Below, piece by piece: positions 15,111 to 23,800 of a stretch of DNA of 32,000 nucleotides. The first letter of the stretch is position 1; each line of letters begins with the position of its first letter. A model generated the notes under the pieces. That model was not told where the DNA came from. It ran no database searches and worked only from the letters and a program-made list of their open reading frames with translations. Made by a program: the position numbers and the translations under genes. This stretch comes from Candidatus Iainarchaeum sp. (GTDB taxonomy: Archaea > Iainarchaeota > Iainarchaeia > Iainarchaeales > GCA-2688035), in NCBI GenBank assembly GCA_028713935.1, contig JAQTNI010000005.1:7582-39581 (forward strand). Reading direction: 5' to 3'.

Positions 15111-15656
15111 TTAATTTTTTATTTTTTTTAAAACCAGTTCCAATTGCAATTCAAATTCTTTTTTTGTCCCCTCGTTGATTATTGTATAATCTGCCATTGC
15201 AATCGGGCCGCCTTTTTCAAGGTTTTCAATTTCCGCCTTGTCTCTTGCAATGCACTCTTCTTCCGGCAACGGCCTTTCTTTCCTGTTTAACATGCGGGCA
15301 TGCCTTGTTTTCGGGGAAGCAAAAACCGCAATTGTGGAAATTTGCGGAAATTTTTGCTTCAAAAAAACAAGCTCGCTCCAGCCCATCAAGTCCTCTATTA
15401 TAATATCCTTTTTTTTTGCAATAAGCAAATTTATTTTTTGCTCAGAAAGCACTGCAATTGCAGCCATTCCAAGCTTTTTTCTCAGGTCTTCGCGCACAGT
15501 TTTTTCATTCTGCTCATTGATTTCCAGGCCGCGCTTCCGAGTTTCTTCAAGCACAACCCCTCCAAAATAAACCTTTTCAAAGCCCTTTGAAACAAAAAAA
15601 TTTGTTGCAAAACTCTTTCCAGCTCCTGTCATTCCCACAATTACTGCAAATTTCAT
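15111..15656 (-). CDS. P-loop nucleotide kinase (dephospho-CoA-kinase-like / UPF0200-type), 181 aa
   Basis: Walker A is VIVGMTGAGKSF at the N-terminus, with a kinase-like length. The track ORF 15111..16436 continues upstream only as an antisense read-through of the membrane gene. Confidence 0.75.
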   Translation of the reverse strand: MKFAVIVGMTGAGKSFATNFFVSKGFEKVYFGGVVLEETRKRGLEINEQNEKTVREDLRKKLGMAAIAVLSEQKINLLIAKKKDIIIEDLMGWSELVFLKQKFPQISTIAVFASPKTRHARMLNRKERPLPEEECIARDKAEIENLEKGGPIAMADYTIINEGTKKEFELQLELVLKKIKN

Positions 15657-15720
15657 AAAATAACTTAAAATAGAAACATTTAAAAACAAGAAAACCTTTT
15701 CTATTATCGGTGATTTTACA

Positions 15721-16431
15721 ATGGCTTCTGATTTAATCGGCATGCTCCGGGAACAACTTGTCTTTCCAATGGCAAGCGTGCTTCTCTGGCTAGTGCTGGC
15801 TTTGGTAATAATGGTTGTCTTTTGGCTGATTTCAAAAGCAGTCAAAAGAATAGTTGTGCAAATACTGCAGAGCTTCGGGGTTGACGCCTGGATTGAAGAG
15901 CACAAAATAGGCAGTGCAATCGGAAACAAAAAAGTTTCAGAAGTCCTCGGAAGCCTTGCAAAATGGTACTTCATAGTTTTCGGATTGGCAATCGTGGTTG
16001 AAACACCAGCCTTTTTTGGAAAATTCCTTGGCTTTGACATAATTCCAATGCCGGGCCTAAGCGATTTCCTATGGACACTCGCAAAATACCTTCCAATGGC
16101 ATTAGGCGGAGTACTATTCTTTGTGCTAGCACTCTTGTTTGCCAAATACATCGGCAACCAGGTCCTTTCAATACAGCACAAACTAAAGCACCTCGCAGCG
16201 GCAATACTTGAAGGATTAATAGTATTGTTTGCCGCAGTAGTGGCACTCCAAATGATTCTTGGAAACGCAATTGCCCAGACAATACTCCAATTGTTGCAAA
16301 TATTCATACAGCCATTCATTATTGCATTGGCAATAGTATTTGGAATAGTGGCAGGATTGGCAGCAGGGCTTGGATTCAAGGACGAACTGCAAAAATTCGC
16401 CAAAGAAGTCAAAAAAGAATACTGGCCATAA
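15721..16431 (+). CDS. Multi-pass membrane protein with repeated 'conserved TM helix'-like segments
   Basis: Several hydrophobic helices are separated by short amphipathic linkers. It resembles the TM_helix repeats found in N-terminal regions of MscS-like proteins. Confidence 0.65.
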   Translation: MASDLIGMLREQLVFPMASVLLWLVLALVIMVVFWLISKAVKRIVVQILQSFGVDAWIEEHKIGSAIGNKKVSEVLGSLAKWYFIVFGLAIVVETPAFFGKFLGFDIIPMPGLSDFLWTLAKYLPMALGGVLFFVLALLFAKYIGNQVLSIQHKLKHLAAAILEGLIVLFAAVVALQMILGNAIAQTILQLLQIFIQPFIIALAIVFGIVAGLAAGLGFKDELQKFAKEVKKEYWP

Positions 16432-16453
16432 ATCAAACTTGGCGCAATTGTAA

Positions 16454-16487
16454 AAAGGGCTTTACAGCCCCTTTCTTCTTTTTTTTA
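16454..16487 (+). terminator. GC hairpin (AAAGGGC-TTTACA-GCCCCTTT) followed by a T-run
   Basis: It lies 23 nt after the stop of 15721..16431. The stem has 4 G-C pairs plus A-T extension, followed by CTTCTTTTTTTT. Confidence 0.5.
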
Positions 16488-16550
16488 ATTTTCTCCAAAA
16501 AGGCGAATCCATACTTTTTTAAACAATTCACAGGCAAAATTGTGTTATGA

Positions 16551-16587
16551 GAAGGGATTTACAAATACTGCGAAGGGATTTACAAAT
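16551..16587 (+). repeat. Perfect 16-nt direct repeat GAAGGGATTTACAAAT x2 (period 21)
   Basis: Copies are at 16551-16566 and 16572-16587, ~140 nt upstream of the tRNA. An adjacent inverted repeat is ACAATT...AATTGT at ~16522-16545. Confidence 0.5.
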
Positions 16588-16726
16588 CTTGGGCACTTAA
16601 GCCAGAAACTGTTTCTTTTGCCCGCACAAAACAAATAAATACAAAAAAATTCATTTTCAATGCATTCAATTCTTATTTAAATAATTGCAATTTAAAATTA
16701 ACAAGGCAACAAGGAGGAAACAAAAA

Positions 16727-16893
16727 GGGCGTGTAGCTCAGCCTGGTTGGAGCAATGGTCTTATAGAGCCTTTTCTTGCAAGCAAGAAAAGCCTCGGGAA
16801 AAGAAGCTTTTGCAATGCAAAAGCAGTATTGTCCCAAAAGAGCAAGAGGTTGAAGCAAGCCATAGGTCGAGGGTTCAAATCCCTCCATGCCCA
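16727..16893 (+). tRNA. Intron-containing tRNA, anticodon UAU by canonical fold (tRNA-Ile), with a 92-nt intron at 37/38
   Basis: - Acceptor: GGGCGTG (16727-33) pairs with CATGCCC (16886-92).
- D arm: GCTC/GAGC.
- Anticodon stem: ATGGT (16755-59) pairs with GCCAT (16859-63).
- Anticodon loop: C-U-UAU-A, then the intron (16766-16857), then A.
- T arm: GAGGG-TTCAAAT-CCCTC.
- Discriminator: A16893. No CCA is encoded.
- A TATA-like ATTTAAAATT lies ~30 nt upstream. Confidence 0.7.
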
Positions 16894-16970
16894 CTGCCCT
16901 TTTCTCTTTTGAAAAAAGAGAAAAGTGTAAGTTGCCCAAAAGAGAAAAACATGGACTTTGGATAAACAGA
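16893..16970 (+). repeat. Copy B of the ~77-nt repeated element
   Basis: ACTGCCCTTTTCTCTTTTGAAAAAAGAGAAAAGTGTAAGTTGCCCAAAAGAGAAAAACATGGACTTTGGATAAACAGA starts at the tRNA discriminator base. The hairpin arms carry a compensatory T-A to C-G change relative to copy A. Confidence 0.6.
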
Positions 16971-16998
16971 TTCCAAAACAAAAAAGAGCGTGGAAAAA

Positions 16999-19878
16999 AT
17001 GGGGAAACAATTGGAACAGTTTTCAAGGCAAAAGGAAGAGGAAATAAGGGAATTCTGGAAAAAACAGAAAATTTCAGAAAAGGCGCGCAGGCAGAATGCA
17101 AAATCCAAAAAAAAATTTTATTTTATGGATGGCCCGCCATATGCAACAGGCCATATTCACATGGGAACAGCCCTGAACAAGATTCTCAAGGATGTTGCAA
17201 TGAGAAGCAGGCGCATGCAGGGCTTTGATGTTTTTGACAGGCCAGGCTATGACACACACGGAATGCCAATTGAATACAAGGTAGAGCAGAAATTCGGCTT
17301 CCGCACCAAGGAGGAAATTGAAAAATTCGGCATTGAAAAATTTGTCCAGGAATGCAGGAAATTTGCAACAGAATTCATTGGAGTAATGAACAGTGAGTTT
17401 GATGATTTAGGCGTATGGATGGACTGGGAAAATCCTTACAAGACACTTGAAAATTCTTATATTGAATCAATCTGGTGGACATTCAAAAAAGCAGAGCAAA
17501 AAGGCTATTTGTACAAGGGTCTTTATCCTGTTCATGTCTGCCCGCAATGTGAAACAGTGGTTGCCTTCAATGAAATAGAATATTCAAAGCAGACAGACAC
17601 TTCTGTTTATGAAAAATTAAAGGTAAAAGGGACTGAAAACAAATATTTTGTGGTATGGACAACAACTCCCTGGACAATTCCTGCAAACACCGGAATAATG
17701 GTTCACCCGAATTTTGATTATGTCGAGGCACAGGTAGGCGGAGAAATCTGGATTATTGCAAAAGAAAGATTGCAGGGCTTAATGACTGCAATAGAAGCGG
17801 GCTATACAATTTTGCGCGAATTTAAGGGAAAAGAACTGGAAAACATGCAATATGAAAATCCCCTTGAAAAATATCTTGCGCTTCCCGAATTAAAAAATGC
17901 TTTCAGAGTGATACTTTCAGAGAGGTATGTGCATCTTGATGCAGGAACAGGCCTGGTTCACACTGCTCCAGGTCATGGAAAAGAAGATTTTGACGCCGGA
18001 AGAAAATCCGGCTTGCCAGCGATCTGCCCAGTTGGCTTGGATGGCTTAATGACAAAAGAAGCGGGAAAATATGCTGGCAAAAAAGCCAGGATTGTTGATG
18101 CGGAAATAATTGAAGACCTTAAAACAGAAAATGCTTTTGTTTATTCGCATCCAGAAACGCATGATTATCCAATCTGCTGGCGCTGCAAAAGCCCTTTGCT
18201 CATGCTTTCAGTTGACCAGTGGTTTTTAAGCATAAAAGAAATCCAGAAAAAAGCAATTGAACTGAATAAAGAAGTGAACTGGGTTCCTTCCTGGATGAAA
18301 GACAGGATGAATGACTGGCTTGAAAACATTTATGATTGGCCAGTGACAAGGGCAAGATATTGGGGAGCTCCCTGCCCTGTATGGGAATGCAAATGCGGAG
18401 AAAGGTTAGTAATCGGCTCTTTGAAAGAGCTTGAAAAAGCCTCTGGTCAGGAACTGAAAAGCCTTGAATTGCACAAGCCATACATTGATGAACAGGTGAA
18501 AATAAAATGCAGAAAGTGCGGCAATGAAATGAAAAGAGTTCCAGATATTCTTGATGTTTGGTTTGATGCAGGGGTTAGCAGCTGGGCAGCGCTTGGTTTT
18601 CCCCAGAGCAGCAAATTGTTTGATGCTTTCTGGCCAGCAGATTTGAACATTGAAGGCACAGATCAGGTAAGGGGCTGGTGGAATGCGCAATTGCTTTGCT
18701 CAATAATTTCTTTTGAAAAAAAGCCATTCAAGGCAATCGGCACTCACGGAATGGTTCTCGATTTGGGAAAGAAAAAAATGTCAAAATCATTCGGGAATGC
18801 TGTGCAGCCAAAAGAAGTTGTTGAAAAATATTCAAGGGATTACCTGCGATGCATGTTTGCAAAAAAAAGCACTGGCATTGACATGGCTTTTGACTGGGAA
18901 AGCCTCGAAGAAATCCACAGGTTTTTCAATGTTTTTTTCAACACATATAATTTTGCTGGAATGTATCTTTCAATTGATTTTTCAAAAATCCTAAAAACAA
19001 AAAAATTCTCTTCCAAAGGGCTTAACCCTGAAGACAAATGGATTTTAAGCAAATTCAATTCCCTTGCAAAAGAATGCATTGATTCATACAATAATTACGA
19101 ATTTTTCAGGGCAGCGAATGCAATAGAACAATTTGTAATGGAAGAACTAAGCAGGACTTACATAAAAATAATCCGCGACAGGACAGGCGGGAAAACACAA
19201 AAAGCGCTTGAAACTTCGCTTGGAACAGTATTGCTCGGCCTGCTAAGGCTTTCAGCGCCAATAATTCCGCATTCCTCTGAATTTGTTTACCGGGCACTGC
19301 GCTCAAAAACAATGCCTGAATCAGTGCACTTGCTGCAATTGCCAATGCCAGACAAAAAACTGGTTGATTCAAAGCTGGAAACAGAATTTGAAAAAACAAA
19401 GCAATTATTGCAGGCAGCGCTTGCACTGAGGGAAGAGCAAAAGCTCAGGCTCAGATGGCCTTTAAGGGGGCTTGTGATTGTTTCAAAAACAGGAAAAGAA
19501 TTCTCAGAAACAAAAAGCATAATTGCAACAATTGCAAACGTAAAAAAAGTTTCCGAATCAAAAGTTTCCCCTGAAGGAAATTTTGCAAAAAAAGAAATTG
19601 CAGGAATTTCATTGTTCCTGGACATTGCTGCTGATGCCGCTTTGAAAGAAGAATGGGAATTCCAGGAGCTCAGGAGAAAAATACAGGAACTGCGGAAAAA
19701 AGCAAACCTTGCACCAGGCCAAAAGGCAATTCTCCTGCTTGACTGCAGCGACCCGGCCTTTACAAAAAAATTTTCAAGGCAGATTGAAGAAGAAACAAGC
19801 ACAAAAATCAGGCCAGCAAAAGGGCAAATGGAAAAGCTCCTTGAAAGGGAATTTTTTGTGCAACTTGAAACCAAGTGA
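16999..19878 (+). CDS. ileS: Isoleucyl-tRNA synthetase
   Basis: PPYATGHIHMGTALNKILKD is the HIGH region with the IleRS-type LNKILKD. KMSKS is present (KKMSKSFGN). The editing-domain block is TTTPWTIPAN. ATG at 16999 is preferred, with GTG at 16990 as the alternative. Confidence 0.95.
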   Translation: MGKQLEQFSRQKEEEIREFWKKQKISEKARRQNAKSKKKFYFMDGPPYATGHIHMGTALNKILKDVAMRSRRMQGFDVFDRPGYDTHGMPIEYKVEQKFGFRTKEEIEKFGIEKFVQECRKFATEFIGVMNSEFDDLGVWMDWENPYKTLENSYIESIWWTFKKAEQKGYLYKGLYPVHVCPQCETVVAFNEIEYSKQTDTSVYEKLKVKGTENKYFVVWTTTPWTIPANTGIMVHPNFDYVEAQVGGEIWIIAKERLQGLMTAIEAGYTILREFKGKELENMQYENPLEKYLALPELKNAFRVILSERYVHLDAGTGLVHTAPGHGKEDFDAGRKSGLPAICPVGLDGLMTKEAGKYAGKKARIVDAEIIEDLKTENAFVYSHPETHDYPICWRCKSPLLMLSVDQWFLSIKEIQKKAIELNKEVNWVPSWMKDRMNDWLENIYDWPVTRARYWGAPCPVWECKCGERLVIGSLKELEKASGQELKSLELHKPYIDEQVKIKCRKCGNEMKRVPDILDVWFDAGVSSWAALGFPQSSKLFDAFWPADLNIEGTDQVRGWWNAQLLCSIISFEKKPFKAIGTHGMVLDLGKKKMSKSFGNAVQPKEVVEKYSRDYLRCMFAKKSTGIDMAFDWESLEEIHRFFNVFFNTYNFAGMYLSIDFSKILKTKKFSSKGLNPEDKWILSKFNSLAKECIDSYNNYEFFRAANAIEQFVMEELSRTYIKIIRDRTGGKTQKALETSLGTVLLGLLRLSAPIIPHSSEFVYRALRSKTMPESVHLLQLPMPDKKLVDSKLETEFEKTKQLLQAALALREEQKLRLRWPLRGLVIVSKTGKEFSETKSIIATIANVKKVSESKVSPEGNFAKKEIAGISLFLDIAADAALKEEWEFQELRRKIQELRKKANLAPGQKAILLLDCSDPAFTKKFSRQIEEETSTKIRPAKGQMEKLLEREFFVQLETK

Positions 19879-19884
19879 TAACAA

Positions 19885-20811
19885 ATGGAGAAACCGGATG
19901 AAATAATTGATTTTTCCCTTGAAGGAAAAAAAACTGCGAATGATTTTGTGCAGGGCCTTGCAGGGGTTGGGTTTCAGGCAGGGCATCTTGCAGAAGCAGT
20001 TGAATTGATTGAAAAAATGAAAAAGGAAAAGGCAACAATTTTTTTCGGCTTTACTGCAAATCTTGTTGCATCTGGCCTGCGAGGGATAATCGCTGAAATG
20101 TGCAAAAAAAAATTTGTCAATGTTGTTGTAACAACAGCGGGCGCGATTGACCATGACATAATAAAAACTTTCAAGCCTTACCTTAAAGGAAGCTTTAACC
20201 TTGATGACATTGGATTGCACAAAAAAGGGATTAACAGGCTTGGAAACATTCTTGTGCCTAATAAGCGCTTTGAATTGCTGGAAGAAAAAACACAGGCCTG
20301 GTTCAAAGAAATTTTTGCAAAGCAAAAAGCAATTTCTCCCAGCGCACTTGCAAAATTCTTCGGTGAAAAGCTTGATGAAACAAGCTTTTTGTATTGGTGC
20401 AATAAAAACAACATTCCTGTTTTCTGCCCCGGAATAACAGACGGGGCAATTGGCCTGCAAATGTATTTTTTCAAGCAGGACCACAAGGATTTTGTTGTTG
20501 ATGTAACAGGGGACATGAAACAGCTTGCAGACATTGTGCTTAATGCGGAAAAAACAGGTGCAATTGTTTTGGGAGGGGGAATCTCAAAGCACCACATTAT
20601 TGGAAGCAACATTGTCAGGGAAGGCCTGGATTTTGCTGTTTATGTCTGCACTGCCCAGGAATTTGACGGAAGCTTAAGCGGTGCCCAGACAAGGGAGGCA
20701 AAAAGCTGGGGAAAAATAAAAGAAGAAGCCAATTCAATAAATGTCAATTGCGATGCAACAATTGCCTTTTCCCTTATGGCGGCTGCATTGAAAGACAAGA
20801 AATTGCTGTAA
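19885..20811 (+). CDS. dys: Deoxyhypusine synthase
   Basis: FFGFTANLVASGLRGIIAEM...VVTTAGAIDHDI...GGGISKHH is typical of DHS. It starts 6 nt after the ileS stop. Confidence 0.9.
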   Translation: MEKPDEIIDFSLEGKKTANDFVQGLAGVGFQAGHLAEAVELIEKMKKEKATIFFGFTANLVASGLRGIIAEMCKKKFVNVVVTTAGAIDHDIIKTFKPYLKGSFNLDDIGLHKKGINRLGNILVPNKRFELLEEKTQAWFKEIFAKQKAISPSALAKFFGEKLDETSFLYWCNKNNIPVFCPGITDGAIGLQMYFFKQDHKDFVVDVTGDMKQLADIVLNAEKTGAIVLGGGISKHHIIGSNIVREGLDFAVYVCTAQEFDGSLSGAQTREAKSWGKIKEEANSINVNCDATIAFSLMAAALKDKKLL

Positions 20812-20885
20812 ATTTTTATTGCGGATTTTTGAATCAGTACTGGCAAGAAAACGTTTTTTAACCCTTATTGGCTATTCTTTTAGCA

Positions 20886-23800
20886 ATGTCACGGAATATA
20901 ATTCTTTTTGGATTGTTCTTAGTTTTTTTTTGCGCAGAAGTTTTAGCAACCCAAAGTATTGCTGTTATAGCGCCTAATGGCGCTCAGGATCTAAACGGAA
21001 TAATTGATGTTCAGTTGAGCATTCAGAATGCAGATGATACCTTTAATCTTGATTTGAATATTTCCAGTTCCAATGACCAGAATGGATTGGTGGTTTTTAA
21101 TGACGTGAACTGGTCCTATTTGTCATGTTCTGCAAATACTTTTATTGCCTCTCCTGCAACCTGCCATTTTGCCTTACAAACCAGGAAATATCCCGACGGG
21201 AACTATTTTGTTCGAGCGGCTTTGGATGACGGCGGAACAGTTGCAGCAGATGCCAGCGATTCCTCTTTTTACATTGATAATCATGCACCAAAGATAAGCT
21301 TTGGCACGGTTGGAACAGACAAAACGGTTTCTTTCCAGGTAAATGACAATAGTTATTTGGACAATAACATAATGGCGGTATATGAAGACACAAACACTAT
21401 TCGGGTTTATATGGACCGCGGCCTTCCAAATGCCTTGCAGTGGGGAATGCACAGGATTGATTCCAACAATGTTTGGGGCATGACTCATGCAACCATTGGA
21501 ACAATGTTTGGCCAACAAGAATTTTTTGATAATTTGGATACAGCACACGTTTCAACCACTGGCAGTTGGTCTACAATAACTAATTCGAGCGCATATGGCG
21601 GTTCTTATATCTATTCCTCACAGGTCGGGGCAACTGCGACAATTACTTTTACAGGAAATAAAATAACACTATTGACCGCGAGGAATACTCTCGGGGGGCA
21701 AGCCAATGTAAAAATTGATGGCCGTTCTGACTTGGCAAACCTTCTTCCAGTTGATGTCAATGGAAACGCGTTCATCACGTTTTATTGGGGAAGTGGTTTG
21801 GACCGTAATGCACAGATTCCCATTGCAGACGATTTGAATAGTGGAACACACCAATTAGTAATAACCCACAGGTATAATTCTGCTTATCCAAGTGGTGTAA
21901 CATATGTAAGCGGAGCAGTAGACCAAAATTACCTGTATTCCTTTTCTAATCCATCTTCCTTTGTCAGCAAACAAAAAATTGTAGACGGCACCTATGCCGG
22001 AACAGCCAACGAATACGTTTTTTATTATACTGGCGGCGGCTTCATGGGAAATGGCCACGCGAACGATAAAATACAGTGGGATGCGGACGGACAGGAAATT
22101 GAACTATTGTTGGATGGAATACCAACAACCATGAATGTGGGGGATGTAAACATTGTTCATTCTTTTGAATTTGACGAAAATTCTTTTTTAAGCCGGCCAA
22201 CAGGAGCACTGGACCAAAACATTGGAGACGTTCAGCGAAAAGAAATCTTCACAAGCGCGGGGTTAGATGTTAATTATTCCGTTAGATGGTTCAATACTGA
22301 CACGCCCTATTCTCTGGGGAACAATGCATCATGCTATATCGCCATGCTGCCAATTGTTGGGGATTATAACACAAGCCAATTCGGAACAATAAACGGAACA
22401 AGATACCTTTTCCTCAAAAACGGAACCTATGTTGGAAACGTAATAGCAACCAGTGCGCTGTTCACCACTTCCTACAGCAACCTGTATTCCGCTCTTGAAA
22501 TAATGAATCCTGAAAACAGTTACACCCCGTTTTCTGGGAGAGGCACGCTTATCCTGTCATATGCAAACAACACTATAGACAAAGCCTACTTTGATATATG
22601 CCAAGGAGCCGCCATAACACCAACAGAAAACCAAACATTTACTGTACAAAGCCGCTACACAGTCGATTACAACACTGCTTCAACCGGAACCCCAATAACA
22701 ATAACCGCAACCCTTTCACCCGGAACAGGCACTTTCAATCAGGAAACTGATTGCACTGGTTCATCGCAAGCCAGTTGTTCCTATACCGAAAATGGCATTG
22801 TTAGCGGGAACAACACTCTTTCGGTAACGGCTGCTGACAATTTGGGTTCTTCTTCAACAGCCCTGTCGAGTTTTTACTTTCCTTTTCCGCCGGATGGGAA
22901 CATTGCCAAAATTGATGGTTATCCTGACAATCAGGCACTGCCTGTTTTTTCGTATGTTCGCGATGGAAATCTTACTATTGATTTTAATGTCCAAAATATT
23001 GATGTGAATAATTTGTTGGTTGACTTGAATTATTCTTCTCAGAAAACCCAAGGAACAGGGACTGTGATTGTTGCTGATTTGAATCTGAACACGTTGGGCA
23101 CAACAGGGGCGTATCATTGTGAAGACACTAATTTTTTGAATGCTACGGATTGTGGAATTGACTGGAACATTGCAACTGTCCCTGACGGAAATTATTATTT
23201 GTTGCTTTTGGTGAAAGACGGCGTTAATACGGATTTTAATTCTTCTGACAACAATTTTATGGTTGACAATACTGCTCCAACTGTCAGTATTTCTTCGCCA
23301 ACTGATGGTTCTACAAGTACTTCTTCAACAGTGACACTTCAGTATTCGGGAAGCGATTCCAATTCCGGCATTGCGCGTTATTGGGTTGCAGTGGACAGCA
23401 ATGCAGCTGGCTCGTTCATAGATAATAATCTTAATGCCAGTTATTCTTTTACTGGCCAGGTTAATGGAATCCATGTTTATTATGTGAAAGCAACTGACAA
23501 TGCAGACAACAACAGTTCTGATGCAAATGTAACTGTTACTGTTTCTGTTTCAGGTGAAAACAATAATGGCAGCGGGGAAATCTGTGGCAATGGCTATTGC
23601 CATTATGCGTTTGAAACCTGTTCTTCCTGCCCAGCTGATTGCGGGGCCTGCCAAACAGCAGGCGACAATGGCAATGGGCAAGAATCTGGGCAGGGGGCTT
23701 TGACTGTAAAGCAGGAGGAAAGCGCTTTCTTAGAAAAAGAATATTTTTCTTTTGTGGATGGCAGCATTGGAATAATCGAAGAAGGCAATGAAAATCTTGG

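Noticed and set aside
15657-16436. Upstream 260 codons of the 441-aa minus-strand track ORF 15111..16436
   Set aside because: The translation is low-complexity (Ser/Ile/Ala/Thr-rich) and exactly antisense to the well-formed membrane protein 15721..16431. A clean Walker-A start (MKFAVIVGMTGAGKS) at 15656 gives a normal 181-aa kinase. The rest is treated as an antisense read-through artefact.
16766-16857. Possibility that the long tRNA intron encodes a C/D-box sRNA (as in some archaeal tRNA-Trp introns) or a homing endonuclease
   Set aside because: No RUGAUGA (C box) or CUGA (D box) pair was found, and no ORF. The intron consists mainly of two hairpins.
16673-17108. Minus-strand ORFs of 142, 90 and 77 aa overlapping the tRNA and its flanks
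   Set aside because: They overlap a well-folding tRNA and the repeat element, and their sequence is low-complexity Phe/Leu/Ser-rich. They are spurious.
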